64,000 nucleotides of DNA from Phaeosaccion multiseriatum (lineage: Eukaryota > Protista > Ochrophyta, other classes), in NCBI GenBank assembly GCA_965112735.1, contig OZ218951.1, positions 2,728,001 through 2,792,000 on the forward strand. The letters are read 5' to 3'. Position numbers and translations under genes: made by a program. The notes under the pieces were generated by a model. The model ran no database searches, was not told where the DNA came from, and was given only the letters and a program-made list of their open reading frames with translations. The first letter of the stretch is position 1. Each line of letters starts with the position of its first letter. Positions 14,750 to 32,500 of this stretch are shown one piece after another.

Positions 14750-16658
14750 TCACCTTCCTCGCTGTCCTCCCTTGCTCCTGCCCGAGGCTACAACGGTGCT
14801 CGCGCTACTCGCCTCTCTTTGTGACGGTTGCTGCTGCTGCCGCTGCGACGCCTCTGCCTGTCTCCTGCTGTTGCTGCTGCCGGTGCTGCCTCCACCCTCC
14901 CGTCCGTCCGTGCCAGCGTTCTTCTTTGCATCATGGTACTTTGCCACGACCTTGTCTCGGGCTGGGGCGGAGGTAGCGCTGGTGCTCTTGGGCGAGGAGG
15001 GTGGCAGCGGCTTCTTGCTCTCCCTGCTGCCTCCCCGCCCCGCTGAGACAGCGCTTCTCGCAGAGGAGGACTCCCGTTCATGACGAGACGTGGAGCCAGG
15101 GGAAGGGGAAGCGCCGCCGCCGTCGTCTACTGACCCACCCTCGCGCTTTCCTCCTCCTGGTTTGCACAAGTTGAGCAGTTCAGAGACGGCGGCCGAGCTC
15201 CCGGATCGTTCCACCATGGACCGGATGTAGTCTTCGTCCTTTGAATTGACGTCCATAAAGTCGAAACTGTCGTCCGAGTAGTACTGATCATCCCCGATAC
15301 TGCTCTTGCGTCGGGACTTCCTCTTGTTCTTCTTCTCCCGCCCTCCGCTGGTTCCGTGGCCGGACTCGCCTTGACTGTCCACCTGGTTGGCGTCGTCTTC
15401 CTCCTCCGCCTCCTCCTCGTCGTCGTCGTCGTCATCGTCGTCACTCGGCGGTGCTATGCCGCTAAACCTCCGCATAATCCTCTCCTGCACGCCGCCGTTC
15501 TTGTCTATGAGCGGGGCTGAGTTGTCCAAGCCGCTGGCCGCGGGTGGCTCCCATTCGATGGCAGCAGGATTGGCGACTGCCTCGGGCTCTATGAGACCGA
15601 GCAGTACCTTGAGATTCTCAGACATGTTCATTTCGCTCAAAGTACCCCCCATGGCAAACTCTTCGTCGTACGCATCGTCCTCATCGTCTTCATCACTCTC
15701 GCCATCCGACCAATACTGAGGATCGTTCACGGCGTTGCTGGCCTCTCGTTCCACCTTTAACCCCTTCCCTACCGGCTTGACTACAATCGCCCCTTCCGCC
15801 GCCCTCACACTACCTGCACGCTCTAGCCCCCGACCAACTTCTGCGCGGAGCTTCTCAGTCATGGTAGGCTGCTTGGGCATATCCTCGCTGTCCTCCGGTT
15901 GTTGCCTCGCCCCGCTTCTTTCTCCACCTCCTCCTTTCTGGAGATTATGCTTGTCCAACATGACGTCCTTTGCTTGGGCAATGGCGTCACTGTGCTCCAG
16001 TCCTGCGAGCGAGGGCGCTACCCAGTCCTGTAGCCACCAAAACCAGCCCCACCCAGAGAGTCCAAATACAAGCAAACCCCGCACAGACAGCGTCCAGATT
16101 CAGAATCAGCCAGCAGCTCGCTCAGGGTGGAAGATAATGGATGAAGACACACGATACCACACTCACCCCACCCAACCACTCACCGTATCCGCGGTCTCTG
16201 CCTTTTTGGCCTCGATTTCTGCCTCACTGGCTCCAAGAATTGCCAGAATGTCACTGGAGAAGTTCATGTTTGACATGTCAATCTCGTAGTCCTCATCGGC
16301 GTCGCTATCGTCTGGCCAAGCACGGGGGAGACAAGCCACGGGACGGAGGAGGGTCAGGCAACACTATCGTTTCCCCAAGTGCAGGGGGGGGAGAGACATG
16401 CCACGAGAATAAGGATGGCCAGGCAACGAAAGGTTCATGTCGCATCGATGGGAGACGCGCAGCAGGAGAGAGGCGGTGCAGTTCCCGGAAGGGTGCCTCT
16501 CCACTCCATCCTGCCTAGGCCCTACCTGCCCCACAAGCAATGTAGTCGTAGGTGTCGTCGCCGCTGCTGTCTCCATCGCTGTATTCGCCTTCGCTTCCCC
16601 CACTCCCCTCCTGGTCCGAGGCCTCCTCCCGGTTCTCGTGCTCCTCTCTCGTCTTCAT
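14750..16658 (-). CDS. Uncharacterised acidic/low-complexity protein; exons 16658-16526, 16311-16184, 16027-14750 (3' end uncertain)
   Basis: The 444-aa ORF has coding-like content and joins in phase to two upstream exons (MKTREEHENREE...GAD|DSDADEDYEIDMSNMNFSSDILAILG...ADT|DWVAP). I recognise no domain. The stop at 14750 overlaps a possible GTGAG donor. Confidence 0.55.
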
Positions 16659-17292
16659 GTTTTTATCTCCCAATGTATGGAGACAGAACCGCAACCTCCT
16701 CCTTCTACTCGGCCAGTCGTAGCACCAGAGCTCTCGTCTTGCTGCTGCTGTGTTCAACTCTCTCTCACTCCTGGGTGACGACCTCCTTCAAGCCACGTAC
16801 GTGCTGTGCGAGAGCAATCCTCACCATCCAAGGGACAAATGGGGAACAGGTTATATAACTCAACAGCTTCCCTTCGCTGCTCTGCGCCTGCACTTCCGAT
16901 GCGAATAAGGAATGAGCTCTTTTAGTGCTGGGTGTGTCTTGCTGGCCTGTCTTGTCAGCCTTGCTCGGCGGAAATATGCCGGATTAATTTCGCGTTGTTC
17001 AATTTGTGAGCGTTTCACAAGAAAGTGGGCCGCCTGCCCCCCCAAGTGCGCACAGCATAAGTCAACCAAAAATATTTTCTGACATCGGCCCGCCACCTTT
17101 CTTGGCTTGTTCTTCTCGCCCCTTGCTCTCACGCCTTAACATCGCAGAAGGGGAAGCGTCACGCACCGCAGAAACAGTACGCAGAATCAGGAGACGGGAC
17201 CAAGGAAAACCAGTCGTGAGGCGCGAGTCGAGGAGCTCTCCAAAACAAAGATTTGGCGGGCCATAAGCGCCGAAGCGCGAAGCGTGTGCGTG

Positions 17293-20200
17293 ATGGATCG
17301 GCGGCGAGGAGGACGGAGGCGGCTGGCAAATGCAGGCGCAATCTACCTGTTTTATAGTATGGTGTCGGTAGTGAGCGGCTTCCATATGGTGGCGCAATCG
17401 ACGGCGGGAGCGCAGAAGGCGAGGGGCCAGAGGGTGGCATGGGGAGGGGACAGAGGTCCGAGCAGCCGGGATGCTCAATCAAGGACGGCGCTGATGATGA
17501 GTGCGGGTGCAGCAAGGGCAGCGGCAGGAGCTGTAGATGTTGCAGTGGGTGACCCCCCCTCGACAGCGACAGCGACAGCGACGTCTTCGTCGGTGTCATC
17601 ATTTTCCGAGTTTGGGAAGATGCCTTGGAAGCCGGAGGGATACGAGAGCTGGCAATGGGACGGACATAAGATTAACTACGCTGTTACTGGTCAGGAAGGT
17701 GAGGAGGACAAGCAGAGCCCGTAGAGCCTAGCTCAAGGACGGGGTGCAAGAGGCGAACATTTTCATTTCATGCCCTCCGTGTCACCCTCTCTTCCTTGTG
17801 TCTCCTTCCGACGTACATCCATGTATGCGCCCCACACCCAGGCAAGCCCGCCATCCTTCTTGTGCACGGCTTCGGTGCGAGTGCCTTCCACTGGCGCTAC
17901 AACATGCCCGCCTTGGCGCAGGCTGGGTACAGGGTGTACGCAATGGACCTGCTGGGCTTTGGGCTGAGCGACAAGGTACAGACGTAATCTTATGGGAGAG
18001 GTGCGGAGGCGGGCTGGTACTCCTCCTTTGACTGTATTCGAGGCCGGTTGAGTGCAGGTGGAGAGGCGCCAATTGCCTCTCGAGATGGCAGACCCCAGAA
18101 TCTCATTACTTTATTCTCTCACTTTCTAACTCTCTTGTCTCTCTTTTCTCCCTTTCCCTCCCTCTCTTGCTCCCCATATACCCCCCCGCAGCCCCTCGTT
18201 GAATACACCGCTGACGTCTGGAGAGACCAAGCCGTGGCCTTCATCAACGAGGTGGTGCAGGAGCCCGTGGTCATCGCAGGCAACTCCCTAGGAGGCTACA
18301 CGGCTCTGGCAGCGGCGTCTGAGCTTACGGACAAGGTCAAGGGGTGTGTGCTCATCAACGCTGCGGGGAGATTCGACAACCCGGAAGGTACACAAAGCTG
18401 AGCCGAGGGGGAGGAGGGATGTGGTTGGTTATGGCTGTAAGAGGAGCAAGAGCTACTGGTGGAAGGGAGGAGGGAGTTGCCACAGCGAGGAGATGGGGGG
18501 GGATGATTGAAGCACAGCACGGAGAGGGGGGGGGGAGGAGATGCCACTTGGAGATACACCCTTCGCACCATCCCGACCAATCTGCTCTCCGTTGCTTTCT
18601 TCTCTCCCTCTCTGCCTCTCTGTTATATCCTGTTTGTGTGTTACACATCACTCTGTGCCTACGCTGTGGTGCTCTGCCCCCCCTCCCCCTCCTCACCTCC
18701 ACAGCGGATGCTGAGGCGGCGGCCCTGGCCGAGACCGGGACTGGTCGAATCGCGATGCTGGCGAACATCAAGGAGTGGGCGACTAAGACAGCCATCAAGG
18801 CCTCTTTCTACTACACCAAGCAGCCTCTGCGAATCAAGCAGGTATCAAGGAGAGAGAAGAAGGAGGGAGGGAGAGAAGGAGTGAGGCAGAGAGAGAGAGG
18901 CAGAGAGAGAGAGACAGATAGAGCGAGAGCGGAGAGAGAGGGATAGAGCGAGAGCGAAGAGAGGGGGGGCGACCGGGATCTAGGGCAGTACGGTTGGGCC
19001 GTGATGGTGGTGTGGTGTGGTGTGATCCCTGATAGGTCTTGTCTCTCTCTCTTGGTTGCATCCACCACCTCTCACTGTGCCCGTCTGTCCCTCTACCCCT
19101 CCTCCCTCTCTCCCTCCCTCCCTCCCTCCCTCCCTCCCACCCACCCACCCACCCATCCTCCCTCCCCTCCCCTCCCTTCCTCCCTTCCTCCTTCCCTCCC
19201 TCCCTCCCTCCCTCCCTCCCTCTCTCCCTCCCTCCCTCTCTCCCTCCCTCCCTCCCTCCCTCCCTCCCTCCCTCCCTCCCCTCCTCTCTCCTCCTGCTCT
19301 CCAGGTACTGAGGCAAGTGTACTCGGTCAATCCCGACAATGTGGACGACGAGCTCGTGGAGAGCATTCGCCTCCCGGCAGAAAACCCAGACGCACCAGAG
19401 GTGAGTTAAGTCTTGTTCTGACTGAAGTAACCATCAAGTGGGAGCGATAAGTAAGAGTAAGGATCAAGTGGAATAAGAAGGATGTCGAAGGATATACGTG
19501 GGGGGCGATGCACGTGGCTGAGAACGAGGAATAATGTAGAGGGTGATTGCTGTACACTGAACGGGAAACTGAAACTGAAAGCCCCTCCCCCTACCTCGCT
19601 CCCTGCGCCCTTTCTTGTCTGTCTCTGTGCCGTGCAGGTGTTCTTCCGTGTGATTAGGAGGAGTGGCAAGCTTCTCGCCACCTTCAACGACCTTCTCAAA
19701 CCCATGACCGAGACGCCCATTCTGCTGCTGTGGGGCCAGAAGGACCCGTGGATCCAGCCGATAACGGCCGACAAAATTGAGCAGATCCACCCCCAGCGAC
19801 TCACCACACGGGTCAAGCTCGATGCAGGGCACTGTCCGCATGGTGAGAGGGAGGGGGAGGGGGAGGGGGAGGAGGAGAGAGGGAGGCAGGGGGATGGGGG
19901 TAAGGAGAGGGAGGGGGGTGTCAGGCCGGGAGAGACTGGGTGGGTGGAGAGAGGGAATGCAGGGGGAGGGGGAGAGAGTAGGGAGGGGCGGGGGGGGGGC
20001 GGGGAAGAGGTGCAGAGAGGGAGGGAAAGATACAAGACAAGAGAGAGGAGGAGAGTTCAACAGCTTCAAGCTCGCATGACAAAGCTCTCTCCTGGGCTCT
20101 CACAACACATACACCCCCCCCCCCTCTCTTTCTGTCTTATGCCTCCTTTGATTTGTTGGTTGTTCGGGCGTCCCCCTCTGTTGGTGATGGTGCGTCGCCT

Positions 20201-20693
20201 TCTGTTGAGCAGACGAGGACCCAGAGGAGTGCAACAGGTTAGTCGGGGGAAGTCAAGAGGGGGGGGAGAGACAGGCGGGAAAGATACAGAGAGATGGGGA
20301 GAGAGTGTGTGTGGGATGGGAGAGAAGAGAAAGAGGGAGAGAGAGTGAAAAGAGGTGTCTGTGTAGAGAGAGAGAGTGTGTATGGTAGGGGAGAAGAGAA
20401 AGAGGGGGAGAGTGTGTGGTAAGAGAGAAAAAGAGACGAAGAGATAGTCTGTGGTAGGGAGGAAGAGAGTTGTGTGGAAGGGGAGTAGAGTGAAAGACAC
20501 ACTCACACACACACAGAGAGAGAGAGAAAAAGAGAGAGCGTTTCCCTTTAAAGCCCATCCTCTCGAAGACGTCACTGGACTCTCACACACACATTGTGGC
20601 CCCATTCTTCCTCCCCTTCCTTTCTTTTCTTCCCTTCTCGTGCCTCCCCGCAGCGCCTTCGTGGATTGGATGAAGAAGATTCGCTACGCTTAG
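17293..20693 (+). CDS. Plastid-targeted alpha/beta-fold hydrolase, pheophytinase-like family; exons 17293-17698, 17842-17975, 18192-18387, 18705-18841, 19305-19400, 19638-19842, 20213-20237, 20654-20693; ~412 aa
   Basis: MPWKPEGYESWQWDGHKINY, LLVHGFGASAFHWRYNMP, YAMDLLGFGLSDK, nucleophile elbow GNSLGG, LLWGQKDPW and DAGHCPH|DE give a Ser-Asp-His triad. The signal peptide ends VSG-F (bipartite presequence). The exons total 1239 nt. Confidence 0.9.
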
Positions 20694-22331
20694 TCGACTT
20701 ACATGGTCTTGGAGGGATGAAAATGCCTCTCTCATTTACTTTCTTTACTACTACAGGCAGAAAATTAATTTTGAAATTAAAATTTGTTAACAAAAAGAAG
20801 CGACTGGATGCGAGCCCGATTTTGCTTGACTTCGCGTGGCTCAACTTCTTCTCCTCGTGGCCTCACGCCGCCTTGTCAGGACCAGGCAGGCAGGCAGTCA
20901 TCTGTGCGAGTAAATGGATGCATGGGTGCGTCCGAGCGTGCGTTGCGAAAGAGGTCGGGTTCCCATGCGAGACCTCCAACGAATAAGTACTCAAATGAAC
21001 AACAAGGGGGCTCATGATGTACGAACTCAAGCATTGGTGTTTAGCCGAACAATGGGGGGCATTGAAGGGGAGCTGACCCCCCGCTACGGCAAGAAGGAAA
21101 GGCTGACCAGGGGGCACTGCGGGTGAAGGCGTGTGTGTGTATATGTGTGTACTCTGGTGGACTGGCTGTCTGAGCAACTGCTGGTGGCGCGAAGTGCGTT
21201 CTACAGCGAGGAGAGAGGGAGAAAACCTGCGACTCGTTGCCAGCCAAAGGCGCCGTCCAGCGAGATAGAGACGACACAGAGGCCTCAAGACCATATACAT
21301 ATCTTCAAGTTTTATTACATTTTTCGAAGAGGTTCTTGGCACGCAACTGTCTCCCTGTCGCCATCCTAATGCGCCTTCTCGCCCCTTACTACTTACTATT
21401 CTCTGCTGCTACCTTTTCTACTACCAGTACCACTGCCCTTCCCGCCCCCTCCTCTCTCGATTTTGCTTCGCTATCGTGCGTCATCTTCTGAAATCGCCCC
21501 GCAAGCATCTCTGCCACTCCTCACGACGCGCAGCGGGCCCCGCCAAGAAGGGTTTAGCAGCACCCAGGGAGAGGAAGAAGAAAAATGGAACCAGCAGCCA
21601 CCATTGCTTGAAGAAGACGGGTCCGGCAGCAGTAGCAGAGGGTGGTCCGCTTCTTGTTGCCGTGTCGTCCGTCTTGCTGCCCGCCTGACCGACGATGCTC
21701 TCCGTAGCCTCATGGCCTAGCCGTGATTCTACTGGGGGAGGTTGCCCCCATCCGTCTTCCTCTTGTCGGGGCCCATCTCCTGACCGCGACGATTGCGACG
21801 TATTATCCCATATCCCTTGGCCGCCTGATGCTGTGTGGCGGCAGGCCACGATGGGAACGTTCTTTTTCCAATAGTTAGTCTCTCTTCTTCTCAATGGATT
21901 GTCCTGTCCTCAGTGGTCGCGTGAAAAATGAAAGTGAGATCGATGTCCTGCTGCTGCTTCTCTGGCTCTCGGCGTATCCATTGTTGCTGCGAGAGGTTCC
22001 CTAGGACGTCACGGACCTATCGTTGAGCCCGATAGGCAGATATCCGATATCCAGATTGTGCTAGGAGGGAGGTTCTCGTCTCCCCCGGAAGAACATGGTG
22101 CGCCGTTGTGTTGTATTAAGGGGAAAAAACCCATCTCGAAAACCACCGTTACTTTTAGGGGAGTAAAAATAATAATCCCGTTACAGAAAGGAAACGGGGT
22201 TCCTCATAGAGTAAGAGTACAGTCTAAAAAAACATGCGGGGGAGATAGAAAGAGTTACAGGCTTGTGCGAAGTGCTGGCATCCCACCTTCTCCGACATAT
22301 GCTTACATGACCGAGGCTACCAGGCTGTCAG

Positions 22332-27484
<5,153 letters not shown>

Positions 27485-27849
27485 TGAACAGGGTGAGGAG
27501 ACGAGGAGGAGGAGGAGGAGGAGGAGGACATCATGGCAACTTGAGAAGGAACCAGGTATAGAAAGAAGAGATTAATCCATTGATATTGAACGTACTATAG
27601 CGTGTGTACATAAATATTTTTAGAGGTTCAGTACTCGCCTGAAAAAGGGGACATTACTTTTGCCCAATTGTGCGGGTGAGGATGTGGTGGTACATGTTTC
27701 AGGAGTCACAGATGATGGAAGGTGACATGACAACGAAACTCTCGCAAGAGTAAAGCGAACATGGCCCCGGATGCAGAAAGAGTTACAGCTGGTGCAGAGT
27801 GCTACCATCCCCACTATAGCTTGCATGACCGAGGCTACCAAGCTGTCAG

Positions 27850-28551
27850 ATGGTCTTCCATCTATCATTCTCTCTGCCAAAGACTTTGGCTCAGGTGTCT
27901 CTCTCTCGCGGCTCCGCTCCGCTCCTGCGAGTCGCCTTCGCCGCTCTTCACATTGGGGTCTTCGTATCGGCAGCAGCACCAGTGGTGAGTAACAGCAGTG
28001 CCGTGTATACCAGCGCGGGAGGAAACCTCACGGTGGAGGCGTGGCATGCTCACCACCCCGTCAATATAAGCTGGAGCTTCTCAGAGCTTAGCACGGCCGC
28101 ACCGGGAGACTACATTGCTGTGTACTATGATAAGTACGAAACCACACACTGGATACCACAGTTTAACAGTTCTAGCAGTAGCAGCAGTAGCAGCAGCAGC
28201 AGCAGCAGTAGTAGTAGCAGCGCCAGCTACGTGCCCTATTCGTGGTTCAGTACGGCAAGCTCGTGGATAGAGTACGAAAACGAAACCTCCTTCAGCTGGT
28301 GCGATGTGGAAGCCTTTCAGGGGGGGCAGTACTCCAGCCCCTTCTACAATGACAGCGTGGAAGCGCAGTCCACGCTCGACGTGAACACACCTTTCGACGC
28401 CACCAACTACTCGACCTGGTTCTACACCAACACCCTTGGACAGGATGAGAGCTCGGCTAGCATCACAGCAGCAAGCACAAGCGGGAGCGCATCTGTGATA
28501 CTGGCAGACGTTGGCGTTTTCCAAGTTTGTATATTCCCCCCCGTTGATGGC

Positions 28552-28602
<51 letters not shown>

Positions 28603-29436
28603 TGCACAGTTCCAAGAGAGTGTGTGGCCATCCACGTGTACCAGCCCCCATACGACATCTTCGTTCTGGAAACAACGAGTATTGTCGACGTGGCCATCTT
28701 TCGCCTCAGCATTGTATCCTTCGACACCGGGATCTACGATTGGATAGGTAAGATGTTACCCCTTTTTCTCACGAAGCTCCGCACGGCAGGCACACAGCGA
28801 CAGTTGGCCATTTCCAATTCCTTTCGTCACTCCTTTTGTTGTATGTTCCTGTGGCGCACAAGCTTCTTTCTCTCTCTGTGTGTGTATGTTCGTGTGTCTC
28901 TCTCTCACTCTCAACTACTTGACCTCATGATCCCCCTCTCCATCCATCTTTGTCGCTCCCTCTCTCTCACGATTATATACAAAAGAATTCGGGGAGGGAG
29001 TGGACCCCTCAACCACTATAGAAGAGGCCCGGGGGTTTGCTCTAAGCACCTTTGGCGCTACATTCATATGTTGGTTCTACATCGGGCAAGCTTTCAGGGT
29101 GTTTGGGAATCAGGAGCCGTGGTTGTGCTCTCAAGCCTCGGACGACATTGCCACTCTCACATCCGAGGCGGCGGATGATGCTTATCAGGTGAGCAAAATA
29201 CGAAACATTGAATGGGAAAGGGAAAAAGGGAGAGGGGAGGGGTGAGACAGAGACAGACGGGTGTAGGTAACGGTAGATATATGGATGGATTTGGATTGAC
29301 CGATAGATTGACAGATAGATACGAAGAGATAGATAGGTAGATAGATAGAAAGATAGATGGATAGATAGATAGAGAGATAGAGAGATGATAGAGAGACAGA
29401 TGAAAAATAGAAAGATGGATAGATAGATAGATAGAT

Positions 29437-29468
<32 letters not shown>

Positions 29469-29485
29469 TATATATACATAGATAC

Positions 29486-29527
<42 letters not shown>

Positions 29528-32500
29528 TGGAGCGTCTTATTGTACTGGGCTGCAAGAGGCTCGCGTGCTTACCCCCACACGCATCACGCTCTTGCCCGCT
29601 TGCTTCAGTGGGGCTCCACGTCCTTCTACCTCGGGATGGGTGGAGCCATCACGTCTGTCTATGGCCCCGACGACGGATTGGAGGTACGTAAGAGGGAATA
29701 CATACACACACATACACACACGCATATATACACACACGTACACACGAACACAGGTGCGCGTGCACACACAGAGAGACAAACACACGCGCATATACACACA
29801 CACAACGACACACACGCACATGCGAGATTGGAAATTAAGCTCATAGGTTCTGAGAGTCTGATTCCCCTCTCCCGGCCCCGCTCGCTGTCGATCTCACGCT
29901 CTCCCCCTATCCCCCCTCCTCTTCTCTCTTCTCTCTCTTCTCTTTCTGTGTACGCTTTCCCAAAACAGTACACACATATGTCCCGAACGTACTCGTGCGG
30001 CATTCACACGAATGTTTCCGAGTCGGCCTTGTCCGCAACAGATGCCATGTCCGTCGATGTCGCACCCGAGCTGGGAGGGGATGAGAATTGCGTCATTCCT
30101 AACGATGGCAACGGTATCACACTGGTGAGTGAGTGACTGAGTGACTGAGTGAGTGAGTGAGTGAGCGAGTAAGCGAGTGAGTGAGTGAGTGAGTGAGTGA
30201 GTGAATGAGTGAGTGAGTATGTTAGTGAACGAGTGAGTGAGTGAGTGAGTGAGTGAGGGAGCGAGGGAGGGAGGAAGTGTAAGAGTGGGTGAGTGGGTGC
30301 GTGGGTTAGTGAGTGAGTGAGTGAGTGAGTGAGTGAGTGAGTGAGTGAGTGAGTGAGTGAGTGAGTGAGTGAGTGAGTGAGTGAGTGAGTGAGTGAGTGA
30401 GTGGGGGAGTGAGTGAGTGAGTGAGTGAGTGAGTGAGTGAGTGGGGGGTGAGTGAGTGAGTAGCTGAGTGGGCGGGTGAATGAGTATGTGGGTGAGTGAG
30501 TGGGTGAGTGAGTCATTGAGTAAGTGAATTAGTGAGTGAGGTGAAGGAGTGAGTTAGTGAGTTAGTGAGTGGGTGAGTGAGTAAGTGAGTGAGTGCGTGT
30601 AAGAGTGAGTGAGAGGGTGAGTGAGTGAGAGGGTGAGTGAGTGAGGAAATGAGTGGGTGGGTGAATGAGTGAGTGAGTGGGTGAGTGAGTGAGGAAATGA
30701 GTGGGTAGGTGAATGAGTGAGTGAGTGAGTGGGTGGGCGTGGAGGTGGGTGAGTGAGTGAATGCGTGGCGAATGAATGAATGAGTGAGTGAGTGAGTGAG
30801 TGAGTTAGTGAGTGAGTGAGTGAGTGAGTGAGTGAGTGAGTGAATTAGTGAATTAGTGAGTGAGGTGAGGGAGTGAGTTACTGAGGTGAGATTTTGAGTG
30901 AGTGAGTGAGTGGGTGGGTGGTTGCGTGCGTGCGTGCCCTGCAACTGTCCCCTGATCTTATGGTCTCTTTTGCCCTCTTGCCTCCCTCACACGCACTCGC
31001 CCACACTCCCGCACTGGTTCAGGACATTTCAACCGTGGAAAGAGTCTTTCCTGTCTTTCCCGGCATCAACGCCGCAGTGCGCTTCCTCGGCAAGACGGAG
31101 AGCATGAAGGCAAACGAGACGACAGCGAGCATCACCGTGCCCATTGCTGGGGACTATTCTGTAACCGTGGCGCTAGGGACGGGGTCTGTGATCACCAGCC
31201 GCACAGTCGAGGTGAGAAGCGCACACTCACCACAGCTACATTTTCTCGCCCTTTCTCTGTCCCTCTCTCCCCCTCTCTCTCTCCCTCCCTCTCCCTCTCC
31301 CTCTCTATCCCCCCCCTCCCCCTCCCTCTATCTCCCCCCTCCCTCTCTCTCTCTCACACACATACACACACTCTCTACTTTTGTCTCCGGTAGGTCTCCG
31401 CGGGAGAGGCATATGGGCCGAGCTGTGGAGTATCGGGAAGCGTACCCCAATCTATGGAGTCGGGCTCGTCTCACATCATAACTGTGAATACCAGGGACCT
31501 CTACGGTAACGAGGTGAGGAGGAAAGCTAACTCACATACTCACTCACTCACCCACTCAACTCACTCGCTCACGCATTCACCCACGCATTCACCCACTCAC
31601 TCACTCCGTCACTCACCCACTCACTCAACTCACTCGCTCACTCACTCACTCAATCACTCACTCACTCACTCACTCACTCACTCACTCATGTCGAGCATGT
31701 ATGTGTATGCACCTCCTTTCCGCCCTGCGTCTGTGCGGTGCAAGGGCTCCACTCGTTGGATGGACCACCGCAACGATTACCCAGTGCTGGTCCCTCCGTC
31801 CCTCCCTCCGTCCCTCCCTCCCTCCCTCCCTCTCCCTCTCCATGCCTCCATATTAGCTAGCAGCTTGGCCTTTACAGCCCTATGGCTCCTTCCCTCACTC
31901 CCTCACCCACCCTCCCTCCCATCGCTTTTTCTCTCCCTCCCCTCCCCTTCCCTCCTATCCTCCTCCCCCTATGCATGTTTACAATAGGTAACATCTGGTG
32001 ACGTCACTTTCATCGCCACTGTCTTCGGGCCTGAAGTCACGAGTAGCAGCTTTGCCAATGTCACCCATACGGGGGATGGAGTGTACGAAGTGAACGCCAC
32101 CTTTGGCGGGAAAGGTTCCCAGGTATGGGAAGGAAGGGAACAGGGGCGCACTCATATTCAGACTACCCACTCCTTCCCCCCTCTCCTCCGTCCGTCCGTT
32201 ACCGCCCTCGGTAGTCCATATGGGCATTTTCTTCGATATCGACTACACAGAGTACTCACCCCCAAGAAAAACTCTCCCCTTTGCTGCTATGCACTCGTTT
32301 CCTTCCAACGACCGTTCTCCCTTTCTGCTCTCCCCTTTGCCCTCCCCTCCCCTCCCCTCCCCCCTCAGTACCTCCGTATCACTCTGGACTCACTCGGTGT
32401 GCCCGGCTCCCCCTTCGAGACAGCGATGATCGAGCTGCCCGAGTGCTCCCCCACTCATTGGATCGGGACCGTGTCAGACTGCTCGGCCTTACTAAGAAGA

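Noticed and set aside
20900-22200. Several 70-160 aa ORFs upstream of GPCR copy A
   Set aside because: No domain motifs, consistent splice model or transposase signatures. Treated as intergenic.
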